From Escherichia coli (lineage in GTDB: Bacteria > Pseudomonadota > Gammaproteobacteria > Enterobacterales > Enterobacteriaceae): 64,000 nt of DNA. This document shows positions 23,213 through 36,899 of this stretch, in pieces. Position numbers and translations under genes: made by a program. The stretch's first letter is position 1, and each line of letters begins with the position of its first letter. The DNA lies in the NCBI RefSeq assembly GCF_013122565.1, contig NZ_CP053258.1. One strand, written 5' to 3'. The notes under the pieces are model-generated. The model had not been told where the DNA came from and did not search any database. It was given only the letters and a program-made list of their open reading frames with translations.

Positions 23213-24751
23213 TTAGTGCGCACCGCCTCCGCCGCCACCTGCGCCAAAGGGCGGTTTAGCAAACCACACCAGCCCCAGCAGGACGAGGAATATCCCGGCT
23301 GACATCCAGAAGATCTCATTGGCGGAAATAATCAGCCCCTGGTTAGTGATCTGCTGGGCAATCCAGCCTGATGCCTGCTGTTGCGTCATCCCAAGCCCTT
23401 CCAGTTGACTATACATCGCCTGGGCATTCGGGTTGAACGGGTTTACCGACTCAGTCAACTGCGCATGGTGCATCGACTCGCGGTTGGTCCACATGGTAGT
23501 GGTTATCGATGTGCCGATAGACCCCGCCAGCGTTCGCGTAAAGTTGGAGAGGCTCGATGCCGCCGCCAGTCGTTCCGGTGGCAAACCAGACAGCGTAATG
23601 GTGGTCAGCGGCATAAAGAAGCAGGCCACCGCAAACCCCTGGATAAACTGCGGCCATGCCGACGCGCCAAAATCCATACCTGGTTCAAAGGTATAGGCAC
23701 GCCAGTAGAAGCAGACGGCATACATAATAAAGCTGAAGGTTACCAGCCGCCGCATATCCAGTTTATGCGCGAAGCGGCCGATAATTGGCGACAGGATCAC
23801 CGGAATAATCCCTACCGGCGCAGAGGCCAAACCTGCCCAGGTCGCCGTGTAACCGTAGACCTCCTGCAACAACTGCGGCAGCAGAACAATAGCGCCGAAG
23901 TAGAGCATATACGCGAGGCTGATACACAAGCAGCCGATGGTGAAGTTGCGCGACTTAAACAACGACAGATCGACTATCGGGTTATCGTCGGTCAGCTCCC
24001 AGACAATCAGGAAGCAGATAGCCACCACCGCCACCACGGTAAGGATGATAATTTCCTGTGATGAAAACCAGTCCAGCTCTTTACCGCGGTCGAGCATAAT
24101 CTGCAGGCTGCCGATACCAATAACCAGCAGTGCCAGCCCCACGGCATCAATTCGCCGCCGTTCGGTGCGGGTTTCACGTCCGCGCAGAGTTTGCAGTGTC
24201 ATCAACACCACCGCCACGCCAATCGGCACGTTGATGAAGAATATCCAGCCCCAGTGGTAATTATCGCTGATATATCCGCCGAGGATTGGGCCGCAAATTG
24301 GCGCGACAATCACCGTCATCGACCACAACGCCAGCGCGATTGAGCGTTTGGCTGGCGGGTAATTATTCAGCAATAGACTTTGCGAAAGCGGGATCAACGG
24401 CCCGGCGACAATCCCCTGAATCACGCGGAAGAAGATCAGCATATTCAGGCTGCTGGAGACACCACACGCCCACGACGCAATAGCAAAGGCGATGGTTGAC
24501 CAGAGGAACAGTTTCACTTCCCCGACGCGCTTTGCCAGCCAGCCGGTAAGCGGGATCGAGATGGCATTCGCCACCCCGAAAGAAGTGATTACCCACGTTC
24601 CCTGGCTGAGCGATGAGCCCAGATTCCCGGCGATAGTGGGGATCGCCACGTTAGCAATGGTGGAGTCCAGCACCTGCATGAATGTCGCCAGTGACAGCGC
24701 AATCGTCATAATGACCAGTTGCGCGCCTTCCAGCGGTTTTTGCTGTTGCAT
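23213..24751 (-). CDS. emrB: multidrug efflux MFS permease (14-TMS DHA2 type)
   Basis: 512 aa beginning MQQQKPLEGAQLVIMTIALSLATFMQVLD, glycine-rich C-terminus; start trimmed from the ORF-track 24760. Confidence 0.93.
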   Translation of the reverse strand: MQQQKPLEGAQLVIMTIALSLATFMQVLDSTIANVAIPTIAGNLGSSLSQGTWVITSFGVANAISIPLTGWLAKRVGEVKLFLWSTIAFAIASWACGVSSSLNMLIFFRVIQGIVAGPLIPLSQSLLLNNYPPAKRSIALALWSMTVIVAPICGPILGGYISDNYHWGWIFFINVPIGVAVVLMTLQTLRGRETRTERRRIDAVGLALLVIGIGSLQIMLDRGKELDWFSSQEIIILTVVAVVAICFLIVWELTDDNPIVDLSLFKSRNFTIGCLCISLAYMLYFGAIVLLPQLLQEVYGYTATWAGLASAPVGIIPVILSPIIGRFAHKLDMRRLVTFSFIMYAVCFYWRAYTFEPGMDFGASAWPQFIQGFAVACFFMPLTTITLSGLPPERLAAASSLSNFTRTLAGSIGTSITTTMWTNRESMHHAQLTESVNPFNPNAQAMYSQLEGLGMTQQQASGWIAQQITNQGLIISANEIFWMSAGIFLVLLGLVWFAKPPFGAGGGGGGAH

Positions 24752-24767
24752 CACACGCACCTCTGGA

Positions 24768-25940
24768 TTAGCCAGCGTTAGCTTTTACGATATCGTCGAT
24801 CAGTTTATTGACAGGTGCCAGGCTGATTTCACGCGCGGTGCTTACCGCTACCGGTGTGGAACGTACTTTATTTGCCAGTACCTGACCGTCACGGTTAGTG
24901 GTATTGACGCTCACCAGCGTGGACAAACCGATACGCAGCGGGTATTGCTCGAGCTGTTTCTGGTCCAGTTCAATACGAACAGGCAGACGCTGAACGACTT
25001 TGATCCAGTTACCGGTGGCATTTTGCGCCGGAAGCAGTGAGAACGCGCTACCCGTGCCCATATCCAGACCAACCACTTTACCGGTGTATTTCACATCATC
25101 GCCGTAAATATCGGTGGTGATGGTGACCGGCTGACCGATACGCATATTGGCAATCTGCGTCTCTTTAAAGTTGGCATCCACCCACATATTGGTGGCTGGA
25201 ACGACCGCCATCAGCGGCGTCGTTGGGCTAATTTGTGCCCCAGGCTGTACCGCGCGGCGGGAGACATAACCGGTCATCGGACTGACAATACGGGTACGCT
25301 CCAGCGCCAGCCAGGCGTTACGTACTTCGGTGGCAGCCTGTTGCACGGCAGGCTGATCTTCCAGTTTAGTCCCCAGAATCATCGCCTGATTGGCATTGTA
25401 TTGTTGAATAGCGACGTCCAGTTGTGCCTGGGCACTGGTGACGGCGTCGCGGGCGTGTTGCAGCTCTTCGCGACCAATCAGGTTGGCATTGCCCAGCGGC
25501 ACACGGCGGTTGTAGTCGCTTTGTGCTTTCGCGAGGGCGATTTTTTGCACCTCAATATTCGCCTGCAACTGTTTGCTGTTAATCATCAGCTGGTGGGTTT
25601 GGCGAACGCTGGAAGCCAGTGCAGTTTTGGCTTTTTCAAACGCCTGGCGAGCATCTGTCGGGTCGAGAGTGACCAGCACGTCGCCTTCTTTTACAAAATC
25701 GGTGTTATCGGCCCAGACTTTCGTCACGCTGCCAGACACCTGAGACATAATTTGAATCTGATTCCCTGCCACGTATGCGTCATCGGTTTCTTCGAAGTGA
25801 CGCAGTACCAAAAACCAATAAATCCCTATCGCTACGGCAATAATTATAAAGAGCAAGGTGAGAAGGAGGAGCAGACGCTTACGTTTGCCGCTCTTCTTTA
25901 CCGGTTGCTGCGGGGTTTGAGTCTCCGCATTTGCGCTCAT
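24768..25940 (-). CDS. emrA: multidrug efflux membrane fusion (periplasmic adaptor) protein
   Basis: 390 aa beginning MSANAETQTPQQPVKKSGKRKR, one N-terminal TM helix, coiled-coil and beta-barrel adaptor regions. Confidence 0.93.
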   Translation of the reverse strand: MSANAETQTPQQPVKKSGKRKRLLLLLTLLFIIIAVAIGIYWFLVLRHFEETDDAYVAGNQIQIMSQVSGSVTKVWADNTDFVKEGDVLVTLDPTDARQAFEKAKTALASSVRQTHQLMINSKQLQANIEVQKIALAKAQSDYNRRVPLGNANLIGREELQHARDAVTSAQAQLDVAIQQYNANQAMILGTKLEDQPAVQQAATEVRNAWLALERTRIVSPMTGYVSRRAVQPGAQISPTTPLMAVVPATNMWVDANFKETQIANMRIGQPVTITTDIYGDDVKYTGKVVGLDMGTGSAFSLLPAQNATGNWIKVVQRLPVRIELDQKQLEQYPLRIGLSTLVSVNTTNRDGQVLANKVRSTPVAVSTAREISLAPVNKLIDDIVKANAG

Positions 25941-26066
25941 ATTGTTCTCCACGATCTTCTTAACTCATCGGCTGAGCCGACCTGCTTGCCAAAAAGGCCA
26001 GCATGTTGCGATGCTGGCCAGTCATTTTTTCTTTTATAAATCTGGATTTTTGAGCGAGATGACGCG

Positions 26067-26597
26067 TTAGCTCATCGCTTCGAGAACCACACCGTCTTGT
26101 TCCATCTGGTCGAGACGGGAGAGCAATTTGCGGGTGATTTGCTCGAGCTGATCTTTTTCTGTTGTACTGAGCGCGGACCAGAGTTGATGCAGGCAGTTAT
26201 GCTGCGGTGGTAAAACCTCGCGCAAAAACTCGTGACCTTTTTCCGTTAATTGCAGATGCAGGCAGCGGCGATCGTTATCGCTTTCACGACGTTCGATCCA
26301 ACCGCGTTTTTCCAGTTCATCGGCAATACGCGTCGCGTTGGTACGGGATGATCCAAGAGCACAACTCAATTCAGAAGGCTGAATACTGTGGTTTTCCTGA
26401 GACTCCAGCGTAATCAACGCCATAAACAACGTCTCGTTAATCCCCTGAGCCTTCAGCATTTTATTGCGGTTCTCCAGCAGCTTGCTTTGCATGTGCATGC
26501 AAAGACGAGTCAGAAGGATCTCCTGATAAGGAAAATCTTCGTGGCGGCTGGCGCGAAATTTTAGCATTTGTTCAATGGGCGTAAACGAACTATCCAT
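26067..26597 (-). CDS. mprA: MarR-family repressor of emrAB
   Basis: 176 aa MarR-type winged helix; first gene of the mprA-emrA-emrB operon. Confidence 0.92.
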
Positions 26598-26687
26598 TTG
26601 GGTATGACCTCATTAATTTCAGCCGATATAGTAACGACAGTGACAAATAAAGTAAATGTATTGTTTTAGAAAAATGATTCTTATGGG

Positions 26688-27023
26688 TTATATAATCGCC
26701 ATCACTTTCCAGGCGAGCCCGTAGGCCAGCGCACTAAGCAGTGTTGGGATGATAATGCTGCGTGTTTTATAGAAACTGGCACCCAGTACCGCGAAGCCGA
26801 CCAGCGTGGGCACGAAACGGCGTGTATCGTGCATCACTTCTGGTGCGGTAGAGACAACCAGCAGAGCGCATATCGAGGCGATGCCAATGGTGTCGAGCAA
26901 TATGCCTATCACGCCACGTTTGGTTGGGCGGGCATTACCCACACGCAGGCGCAGCGGCAAATAGCGGAAACAATAATTCGCCGTGCCAACCAGTAACCCA
27001 AGCAGCAAAACCTCATAGCTCAT
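26688..27023 (-). CDS. ygaH: small membrane subunit of branched-chain amino acid (valine) exporter
   Basis: 111 aa hydrophobic AzlD-like protein overlapping ygaZ. Confidence 0.85.
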   Translation of the reverse strand: MSYEVLLLGLLVGTANYCFRYLPLRLRVGNARPTKRGVIGILLDTIGIASICALLVVSTAPEVMHDTRRFVPTLVGFAVLGASFYKTRSIIIPTLLSALAYGLAWKVMAII

Positions 27024-27750
27024 CGGGCGCTCCTTGCCAGAATGCCTGGATTAACGCAGTGAGGCAGCCACAGACAATGCCTGCCAGAATGGCGACGGGA
27101 ATAGAAAATAGCGTTACGCCTGCAAGGGCACCAACTAACGCTGCGGTAACGCAAAGAGATTGTTTGCGCTGGAAAGAGGCGAGCAGGAAACTCATAAAGA
27201 GTGCCGGAAGCATAAAACCTAATGCAGCTTCAACGGCGGGATAACCTTGCAGCAAGCCGCTGCCGGAGAATGCCCCTATTACCGTACCAAATACCCACGA
27301 TGACCATGAACTGAAGGCAATGCCGATCATCCAGTTCTCGCTCCAGCGGCGATTATTGCGTACCAGTTTTGCGGTTGCGGCGGCAAAAACCTCATCCGTC
27401 AGGCCAAACGCCCATAGGGCGGTTTTCGATTTTTGCAGACGCTGAATAATACGGCTACGCAGTGACGGGCCATACAAAACATGGCGAACATCCATTGCCA
27501 TGACGGTCAGTGCAGCAACCCACAAACTACTCCCGGCTGCCAGCATCGCGGTAATGACGAACTGGCTCGCGCCTGCATAAATGATGCAGGAGAAAAAAAC
27601 GCTTTCGAGAGGAGAGAATCCCAGACGGGTCGCATTCAGACCGAACGCAAAGGCCACCGGAATATAACTAATAACAATCGGTAAACTGTCTTTGCATCCT
27701 TCCATGAAGGTCGCCGAACCAGGAGCAGGCAGTGGAGTAGGGCTTTCCAT
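27013..27750 (-). CDS. ygaZ: AzlC-family membrane subunit of valine exporter
   Basis: 245 aa polytopic membrane protein; synteny with ygaH. Confidence 0.85.
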   Translation of the reverse strand: MESPTPLPAPGSATFMEGCKDSLPIVISYIPVAFAFGLNATRLGFSPLESVFFSCIIYAGASQFVITAMLAAGSSLWVAALTVMAMDVRHVLYGPSLRSRIIQRLQKSKTALWAFGLTDEVFAAATAKLVRNNRRWSENWMIGIAFSSWSSWVFGTVIGAFSGSGLLQGYPAVEAALGFMLPALFMSFLLASFQRKQSLCVTAALVGALAGVTLFSIPVAILAGIVCGCLTALIQAFWQGAPDEL

Positions 27751-27873
27751 AGAGTGTACGCTTAACGATTGTTAATATTATAAATAGACTGAATGAATAT
27801 CTTAACCTTATCAGACTGATGGGCTTCTTAACACCCTTATAAGTGTAAAGCCACGAAAACGGTTGCTGATTGC

Positions 27874-29058
27874 TTAATTTGCGGCTTCCTGACGATGAAA
27901 ACCTCGCCACCAGACCAGTAAGTTAACCAGGGCAATCGTCGCGCCAGCCAGACAAACGCCAGCCCAACCGCCATGTTGCCAGGCTGAGGCTGAAATTAGC
28001 GATCCGGCGGCACCGCCAATAAAGTAGCTGGTCATGTAACCTGCGGTCAGGCGATTACGCGCATCAGGATGTATTCGATAAATTACCGTCTGGTTAGTGA
28101 TATGCACGCCCTGCACGGTGAGGTCCAGCACCAGGATGCCGATAATCAGCGCCAGTACGGAAGTGTGACCAAACCAGATTGCCAGCCATGAAAGTAACAG
28201 CAGAAGCAGACCGAAAGTTGTTGTGTGGTGCGATTTGCCCTTGTCGGCAAAACCGCCCGCCGGACGAGCGCCCAACGCTCCGGCAGCTCCCGCAAGTCCA
28301 AACAGACCAATTACACCATCGCTGTAGTTAAAAGGCGGTGCGGCAAGCAAAAAGGCCATTGAGGTCCAGAGAATGCTGAAGTTGGCAAAGGTCAGGCAGC
28401 CCAGCAACGCGCGGGTGCGCAGGATCTTATCGCTGATAAACATGCTGAAAACGGAACCAAGCAACTGTGGGTAGTTGAGGTGGGTTTCTGATTTCATTTG
28501 TGGCAGACCACGCCATAATGCCAGCGCCATCAGTGCCATTAACACCGAGGCAACCCAAAAGACGGTGCGCCAGCCGCCGAGGTTTGCCAGCAATCCGGCA
28601 ACGGTCCGTGCGAGTAAGATCCCCAGCAGCAGACCGCTCATAATGGTGCCAACCACTTTGCCGCGTTTGTCCGGTGAAGCCAGCGTCGCTGCCAGCGGAA
28701 CCAGAATTTGTGCCACGACTGAGAATAAACCGGTTAATGCCGTACCGAGGATCATCATCGCCAGCGACTGACTGCTGGCGGTAATCAACATGCCGCATGC
28801 CGCCAGTAAGGTCATCGAGACAATCAGGCGGCGGCGTTCAAACATATCACCGAGGGGAACAAGAAACAGCAGACCGGCGGCATAGCCCAACTGCGCGGCG
28901 GTAACAATAAAGCCTGCCGAACTGGCGGAAAGGGAAAAGTTACGCGCGATGGTGTCGAGCAATGGCTGGGCGTAATAGTTACTGGCTACCGCCAGACCGG
29001 TGGCGATAGACATCAGCACGATCAGCGCCGGGCTAAGCTCATGATTAGGTTTAGTCAT
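27874..29058 (-). CDS. ygaY: MFS transporter (12-TMS)
   Basis: 394 aa uninterrupted ORF with MFS-type helices; position between ygaZ and proX. Confidence 0.8.
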   Translation of the reverse strand: MTKPNHELSPALIVLMSIATGLAVASNYYAQPLLDTIARNFSLSASSAGFIVTAAQLGYAAGLLFLVPLGDMFERRRLIVSMTLLAACGMLITASSQSLAMMILGTALTGLFSVVAQILVPLAATLASPDKRGKVVGTIMSGLLLGILLARTVAGLLANLGGWRTVFWVASVLMALMALALWRGLPQMKSETHLNYPQLLGSVFSMFISDKILRTRALLGCLTFANFSILWTSMAFLLAAPPFNYSDGVIGLFGLAGAAGALGARPAGGFADKGKSHHTTTFGLLLLLLSWLAIWFGHTSVLALIIGILVLDLTVQGVHITNQTVIYRIHPDARNRLTAGYMTSYFIGGAAGSLISASAWQHGGWAGVCLAGATIALVNLLVWWRGFHRQEAAN

Positions 29059-29154
29059 TATTTTTGTTCATCAGGTGATGATTAAGCTGGAAATCAATAA
29101 TAGCGGATGTTGATGAATCTGGGATGAAAGATAGATTGTTGAAATGTGCGGTGT

Positions 29155-29249
29155 GGTTTGTAGGCATGATAAGACGCGCCAGCGTCGCATCAGGCATTGT
29201 GTACAGAGCGGCGGATGCGGCGAAAACGCCTTATCCGCCCGAATAAAAA
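29155..29249. repeat. REP/BIME cluster between proX and ygaY
   Basis: gtaggcatgataagacgcgccagcgtcgcatcaggc and gatgcggcgaaaacgccttatccg palindromic units. Confidence 0.6.
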
Positions 29250-30242
29250 TTACTTCTGCGCTGCCAGCGCCTCATTCACCCAGCCATCGAACTGCTGCTG
29301 GTGGGCTTTGATCCAGCCATCAACATGGCCCTGAATATCTCCTTCTGAGGCTTTGCCGTCATGCATAATGGCGTTCTGGGCGTTAATATCTGCCACTGGC
29401 AACTGCATAATGGCAAACAGTTTCGCTGCTGCCGGGTTTTTCTCGGCCCAGACTTTGTTGGCAACGATATGCATGGTGCTGACCGGGAAGCCGTAATTCG
29501 CGCCATTCGGCAGTTTGGTATCGGCATTTTTATCGCCCGGCAGTGCAGAGAACGGCACCTGCAACCAGACCACATCTTTCCCTGGCTTCAGCTCATTACT
29601 CACCCAGTACGGCGTCCAGGTGTAGTAAAACACCGGCTTACCCTCTTTGTAACGACTGATGGTGTCAGCCATCATCGCCGCGTAGTTCCCCTGATTATGC
29701 GTCACGGTATTGGTCAGTTCATACGCGGCAAGCTGGTGGTTGATCGCACCTTCGCAGCCCCAGCCTGGGTTACAGCCGGTTAAATCCGCTTTACCGTCGC
29801 CGTTGGTATCGAACAGTTTGGCGATCTTCGGATCTTTCAGTTGTGCGATGTTGGTGATTTTGTACTGGTCGGCGGTTTTCTTATCGATCAGGTAGCCCTG
29901 TGCCGCGCCGTTAACAAATACCCCTTCACGATAAAATTTCTTCTCGCCACCGGCAGCTTCGTACATGTTGTCATGCAGCGGCGTCCAGTTCACGGCGGTG
30001 AAGGTTGCATCGCCGGAAGCAAGCGAGGTGTAGCCAACGTTGTAATCCACTTCGCTGGGTTTGTTGACGGTATAACCTAATTTCTCCAGCGCACGACTGA
30101 CCAGCAGCGTCTGGAAGGTTTCTTCAGTGATGGTGCTCTGAACTGGATTAACAGTAATGCCTTTGCCCGGCAGATCGGCAGCAAAAGTTTGTGTAGAGAT
30201 AAGCGTGGCAAACGCTGTCGCAAAAAGTACGCTATGTCGCAT
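29250..30242 (-). CDS. proX: glycine betaine/proline ABC transporter periplasmic binding protein
   Basis: 330 aa beginning [21 protein letters not shown] (signal peptide); start trimmed from the ORF-track 30290. Confidence 0.93.
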   Translation of the reverse strand: MRHSVLFATAFATLISTQTFAADLPGKGITVNPVQSTITEETFQTLLVSRALEKLGYTVNKPSEVDYNVGYTSLASGDATFTAVNWTPLHDNMYEAAGGEKKFYREGVFVNGAAQGYLIDKKTADQYKITNIAQLKDPKIAKLFDTNGDGKADLTGCNPGWGCEGAINHQLAAYELTNTVTHNQGNYAAMMADTISRYKEGKPVFYYTWTPYWVSNELKPGKDVVWLQVPFSALPGDKNADTKLPNGANYGFPVSTMHIVANKVWAEKNPAAAKLFAIMQLPVADINAQNAIMHDGKASEGDIQGHVDGWIKAHQQQFDGWVNEALAAQK

Positions 30243-30298
30243 TGTTATTCCTTTTTTTGGCAGGGTGATATGCCCGGCGTCACCGGGCAAGTGCAGAG

Positions 30299-31363
30299 TT
30301 ACTTAATGAATGGGCGGGTCAGCAGACCGACAGGGCCAGTGGTGTACCAGCGACGGTTGCCGCGACTGCGTGAGTCGCGCCCAACGGCCTGCGTCAGGCG
30401 ATCGAGGATAATGGCGAGGATCACAATCCCGACGCCGCCAACGGTGGCAAGCCCCATATCCAGACGACCGATACCGCGAAGTACCATCTGACCCAGCCCG
30501 CCGACGGCAATCATCGAGGCAATGACCACCATAGAAAGGGCCAGCATCAGCGTCTGGTTAACGCCCGCCATAATGGTCGGCATCGCCAGCGGTAACTGAA
30601 CTTTGAACAGCATCTGACGCGGGCTGGCACCGAATGAGCGCGAGGCTTCAATCAGATCCGCGGGAACCTGGTTAATCCCCAGAATGGTCAGACGGATAAT
30701 CGGCGGCAGAGCAAAGATGATCGTCACCACCACGCCCGGCACGTTACCGATACCAAACAGCATGACGATTGGCACCAGATAAACAAACGCAGGCGTGGTC
30801 TGCATGGCATCAAGCAGTGGACGAATAATTTTCGCCGCTCGCGGACTTCTCGCCAGCCAGATCCCCAACGGCAAACCGATGACGATACAGAACAGCAGGG
30901 CGGTTAACACCAGCGCCAGAGTAACCATTGCCTGCGACCAGGCACCGATTGCGCCGATGGCAATCAGCGAAACCAGCGTCGCCACGCCCATTCCGACCCC
31001 GGAAATCTGCCAGGCGATGAGAGCGAAAACGATAATCGCCACCGGCGCGGGCATACCCAGCAGCAATTGCTGGAAACCGTTGAGGATATAATCAACCGGA
31101 ACGCGCACGCCCTGGAAGACGGGACGGAAATGGGTAACGACCCAGTCGATCCCTTCAGTGACCCAACTGTCGAGCGGGATCAGCGTTTTATGGAACGGAT
31201 CGAGAATATTAAAATGCTCGACGTTTGGCGCAGGCGTACTGGTCAGCCAGTCAGCACCACCGCCGTCAGTCGGTGCAGTCGCCGGTGTACCCCAGGCGTC
31301 TGCGGATTGTGCGGCACTGTCCGTCGCTGGCGTGGTATCCCACGGATTATTTTGATCAGCCAT
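30299..31363 (-). CDS. proW: glycine betaine/proline ABC transporter permease
   Basis: 354 aa polytopic protein with ABC permease EAA-type loop. Confidence 0.93.
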   Translation of the reverse strand: MADQNNPWDTTPATDSAAQSADAWGTPATAPTDGGGADWLTSTPAPNVEHFNILDPFHKTLIPLDSWVTEGIDWVVTHFRPVFQGVRVPVDYILNGFQQLLLGMPAPVAIIVFALIAWQISGVGMGVATLVSLIAIGAIGAWSQAMVTLALVLTALLFCIVIGLPLGIWLARSPRAAKIIRPLLDAMQTTPAFVYLVPIVMLFGIGNVPGVVVTIIFALPPIIRLTILGINQVPADLIEASRSFGASPRQMLFKVQLPLAMPTIMAGVNQTLMLALSMVVIASMIAVGGLGQMVLRGIGRLDMGLATVGGVGIVILAIILDRLTQAVGRDSRSRGNRRWYTTGPVGLLTRPFIK

Positions 31364-32558
31364 TATTTACCCCCTCACGATCTAAAGCGCGCAGCAGCAT
31401 TCCTTTCGAAATGATGCCGACATACTGTTGGTCCTCGTCGACCACGGGCACCGCACAGGGTGCCTGTCCGACATGAGAGAGCAACTCGCTAAGAGGCGTT
31501 TGTGCATCGACCGCTAACGGTGCATCAATCAGCGCCGCATCAAGACCTTGCTGCTGCGTTAACGCGGCTTTAAGCGAATCGATAGACACTGCGCCGACAA
31601 ACTTATTACCGCGTTCGATAACGTAGCCATATTCGCGATCTTCATCCTGCAATAATTTCAGTGCCGAACGTGGGCCGAAGCCAGGGGTTTTACGAATTAA
31701 GCCATTCGGTGTCCGGCGGGCAATATCTTTCGCACTGAACACCTGACTAATATCAACGCCACGGAAGAAGGTACGGACATAATCATTCGCCGGATTATTG
31801 AGAATTTCATCCGGTGTGCCGACCTGTACCACTTCACCATTTTGCATAATGGCAATTCGGTCGCCAATACGCATGGCTTCATCGAGATCGTGGGAAATAA
31901 AGACAATGGTGCGCTGATGTTTCGCCTGTAATTTTACCAGCTCATCCTGCATCTCGGTGCGAATTAATGGATCGAGCGCCGAGAAGGCTTCGTCCATTAA
32001 TAATATATCCGGATTAATCGCTAACGCGCGGGCTAATCCCACACGTTGACGCATCCCGCCAGAGAGTTCATCCGGGTAGCTGTGGGCATAATTTTCCAGC
32101 CCGACCTGACGCAGTGCATCAATGGCTTTTTCCCGGCGTTCTTCGGCATTAATTCCGGCCAATTCCATACCGAACGCAGTATTGTCCAGCACGGTCATAT
32201 GCGGCATTAAGGCAAAGGACTGGAAGACCATCGCAATCTTTTTTCTGCGCACCTCACGGAGTTCGGCGTCGGATATTTTGGCAATATCCACACCATCAAT
32301 CAGTACTTGCCCGCGGGTGGGTTCAATCAGGCGATTGAGAAGGCGTACCATTGTGGATTTACCCGAGCCGGATAATCCCATGATGACAAATATCTCGCCT
32401 TCTTCAATGGCCAGACTGGCGTCTTTTACGCCAAGCGATAGCCCAGTTTTTTCCAGAATTTGTTCTTTTGAAAGTCCTTGTTCGATATATTTGAACGCTC
32501 GCTGTGGATGCTCACCAAATATTTTATAAAGATTTTTAATTTCTAATTTAATTGCCAT
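31356..32558 (-). CDS. proV: glycine betaine/proline ABC transporter ATPase with tandem CBS domains
   Basis: 400 aa; Walker [13 protein letters not shown] signature LSGGMRQR, C-terminal CBS pair. Confidence 0.95.
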   Translation of the reverse strand: MAIKLEIKNLYKIFGEHPQRAFKYIEQGLSKEQILEKTGLSLGVKDASLAIEEGEIFVIMGLSGSGKSTMVRLLNRLIEPTRGQVLIDGVDIAKISDAELREVRRKKIAMVFQSFALMPHMTVLDNTAFGMELAGINAEERREKAIDALRQVGLENYAHSYPDELSGGMRQRVGLARALAINPDILLMDEAFSALDPLIRTEMQDELVKLQAKHQRTIVFISHDLDEAMRIGDRIAIMQNGEVVQVGTPDEILNNPANDYVRTFFRGVDISQVFSAKDIARRTPNGLIRKTPGFGPRSALKLLQDEDREYGYVIERGNKFVGAVSIDSLKAALTQQQGLDAALIDAPLAVDAQTPLSELLSHVGQAPCAVPVVDEDQQYVGIISKGMLLRALDREGVNNG

Positions 32559-32913
32559 GCAATAGAAAGATTCCTGTTATTTGTTTATGTCGATATATTA
32601 CCCAATGGAAATAGTCACTTTTTTCTACCCTAACATACTGAGAATCTGAGGCAACCCCTGATGGCAAATGTGGCATGAATATTGATGCGAGCAAATCGCC
32701 GGAATTTCCCGTGATATAAGGGCTGAGAGCAAATCGAGAAAAGTTGATATTTTTTGTCAAAGATAGCGAAAAAACGCCTGAATATTGTGGTTTCAGGCGA
32801 ATAATGCAACAGAGTATCAGTGTAGATCACCACAAAATATTTGCGTGATAAAAAGCTATTTGGCGTGAATTATTTCCCTGTCGCGGGTAGTGATATTTTT
32901 GAAAATAACACCC

Positions 32914-33882
<969 letters not shown>

Positions 33883-36027
33883 TTAAAGTGCGCAGGAGAC
33901 GCAGCCTTCAATTTCAGTGCCTTCCAGCGCCATCTGACGCAGGCGGATGTAGTAGAGCGTTTTGATACCCTTGCGCCAGGCGTAAATCTGCGCTTTGTTG
34001 ATATCGCGAGTGGTGGCGGTATCGGGGAAAAACAGCGTCAGCGACAGCCCCTGATCGACATGGCGAGTCGCTTCCGCGTAGGTGTCGATGATCTTTTCTG
34101 CGCCGATTTCGTAAGCATCCTGATATAGCGCCAGATTCTCGTTAGTCATAAACGGGGCAGGGTAGTAAACGCGTCCTGTTTTGCCCTCTTTGCGTATCTC
34201 TACTTTCGCCACAATCGGATGAATACTCGACGTAGCATGGTTGATATAAGAGATAGAACCGGTTGGCGGCACCGCCTGAAGATTCTGGTTGTAAATGCCG
34301 TAGCGCATCACGTCGTCGCGCAGCTGCGCCCACATCTCACGGGTAGGTAACGTAATACCGCTACGGGTAAACAGTTCGCCAACTTTCGCCGTTTTCGGCT
34401 GCCAGTTCCCTTGCAGATATTGGCTAAAATATTCACCACTGGCATAGCGTGACTGTTTGTACCCGGCGAAGGTTTCACCGCGTTCGCGTGCCAGCAACAT
34501 CGAGGTACGCAGTGCGTGCCAGGTGATGGCATAGAAATAGAGATTGGTGAAATCCAGTGCTTCCGGCGAACCATAAGCGATGCCTTCTCGCGCCAGATAG
34601 CCGTGTAAATTCATCTGCCCCAGTCCGATGGCGTGCGAGGCGGCATTTCCGGCTTCGATGGACGGCACGCTGCGAATATGACTCATATCTGATACTGCCG
34701 TTAAACCGCGCACGGCAGTCTCTACCGTGCGGGCAAAGTCGGGGGAATCCATGGTGTGGGCAATATTCAACGAACCTAAATTGCAGGAAATATCATGGCC
34801 TGTACGGGCATAGTCGAGATTCTCGTCATACTCTGAGGCACAGTTGACCTGCAAAATCTCTGAGCAAAGATTGCTCATATTTATGCGCCCGGCGATAGGG
34901 TTAGCACGGTTTACCGTGTCTTCATACATGATGTACGGATAGCCGGACTCAAACTGGATTTCTGCCAGCCGCTGGAAGAAATCACGGGCGTTGAGGTATT
35001 TTTTGCGGATGCGTTCATCGGCAACCAGTTCGTCATAGTGTTCGCTAATGGCGATATCGGCAAACGGCTTGCCATAAACTCGCTCAACGTCATAGGGCGA
35101 AAACAGCGCCATCTGCGCATTCTCTTTTGCCAGATGGAAAGTGATATCCGGGATCACCACCCCCAGCGACAGTGTTTTAATGCGGATTTTTTCGTCGGCA
35201 TTTTCCCGCTTTGTATCGAGAAAACGCAGAATATCGGGATGATGAGCATGTAAATAGACTGCCCCAGCCCCCTGACGCGCGCCGAGCTGGTTGGCATAGG
35301 AAAATGCGTCTTCCAGCATTTTCATCACCGGAATCACGCCAGAAGATTGATTTTCAATACGTTTAATTGGCGCGCCCGCTTCTCGCAGATTCGACAGCAA
35401 AAATGCTACGCCGCCGCCGCGTTTCGACAGTTGCAGTGCGGAATTTACCGCCCGGCCAATCGACTCCATATTGTCTTCAATACGCAGCAGAAAACAGGAA
35501 ACCAGTTCGCCGCGCTGCTGCTTACCGCAGTTGAGGAATGTCGGCGTGGCTGGCTGAAAGCGTCCAGACAGCATCTCATCAGTTAGCTGGGTCGCCAGTG
35601 TTTCATCGCCTTGTGCCAGCGTCAGCGCCACCATCGTGACTCGATCGGCAAAATCTTCCAGATAACGCTTACCGTCGAATGTTTTCAGCGTATAGCTGGT
35701 GTAAAACTTCCATGCCCCGAGGAATGTCTGGAAACGAAAACCGCTGGCGTGCGCGTGGGCAAACAGCGTAATGACAAAATCGCGAGAGTAGCGGTTGAGG
35801 ACGTTTTCATCATAGTAACCTTCGTTGACCAGCCAGTTCAGGCGCTGCTGCTGGCTACTGAAGGTCACACTGTTCGGACGCACATGTGTCGTCATAAAGG
35901 CGTCTACTGCCTGGCGGTCTTTATCGAACTGAATGCGACCTGCGCTATCGTAAAGATTAAGCATCGCATTCAGAGCGTGATAATCCATCGTTTCCTGCGT
36001 CAGGCGTTCTGCGGTTGTCGTTGCCAA
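33883..36027 (-). CDS. nrdE: class Ib ribonucleotide reductase alpha subunit
   Basis: 714 aa; conserved RNR catalytic cysteines and C-terminal CxxC tail. Confidence 0.95.
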
Positions 36028-36410
36028 AATTCGGTTACTCCTTTACGAACGTTTTCGATATCGCTTTGCGTACCCATGAGTTCAAAGCGGTACAGCCACG
36101 GCACGCCGCATTTCCGGGCAATCACATCTCCGGCGCGGCCATACGCCTCACCAAAGTTGCGATTACCCGAAGCAATAACGCCGCGCAGCAACGCCCGGTT
36201 ATGCTCGTCGTTTAAAAAGCGAATTACCTGTCGTGGCACCGCGCCAGCTGTACCGCCGCCGCCGTAAGAGGGCACGATCAGGATGTAAGGCTCGTCTACC
36301 TGAATCCGTTCCCGCTCATTGAGCGGGATGCGCACCGCGGGCAGCCCTAAACGTTCGATAAAACGCTGCGTATTTTCGGAGCTGCTGGAGAAGTAGACGA
36401 GCTGGCTCAT
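36000..36410 (-). CDS. nrdI: flavodoxin-like RNR stimulatory protein
   Basis: 136 aa, overlapping nrdE and nrdH. Confidence 0.92.
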
Positions 36411-36652
36411 GCACTGGCCGCGTGTGGCGCTGGATGCAGACGGTTAATCATGTCCGGACGGAAACCAGACCAGCTAAGATCGCCAGCAATCACTACCGGC
36501 AACTGACGAAAGCCCTGAGCACGCAGCGCTTCTGCCGCTTCAGGTACGCGATCGACATTAATCATTTCAAAATCAAAGCCCCGGTTTTCCATCGCCCGTT
36601 TGGTGGCGTGGCACTGAACGCAATCGTTACGAGTGTAAATAGTAATGCGCAT
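36407..36652 (-). CDS. nrdH: glutaredoxin-like hydrogen donor for class Ib RNR
   Basis: 81 aa with CVQC redox motif. Confidence 0.93.
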
Positions 36653-36845
36653 GATTCGTATTTCCGTTTAAAATGAAGATACGGCGCGATGATACGCGTC
36701 GGGTTGTCTCTCTGTTGATACAGAGATACTAGATGTAGTTGAAAAAAGATTCAACCACACAATATATAGCAAATAGTGGTCGAAATTACCCTGAGTATGA
36801 GCGTGACGGGGTAGGGGGATTTTTGTGATTCAGCAGACAAAAAGA

Positions 36846-36872
36846 AACCCCGAAGCCAGGCTTCGGGGTCAA
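36846..36872 (-). terminator. intrinsic terminator downstream of ygaM
   Basis: Minus strand: gaccccgaagcctggcttcggggt hairpin followed by ttctttttgt. Confidence 0.65.
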
Positions 36873-36899
36873 AGACGCGTATTTATTATCATTGTTGCA

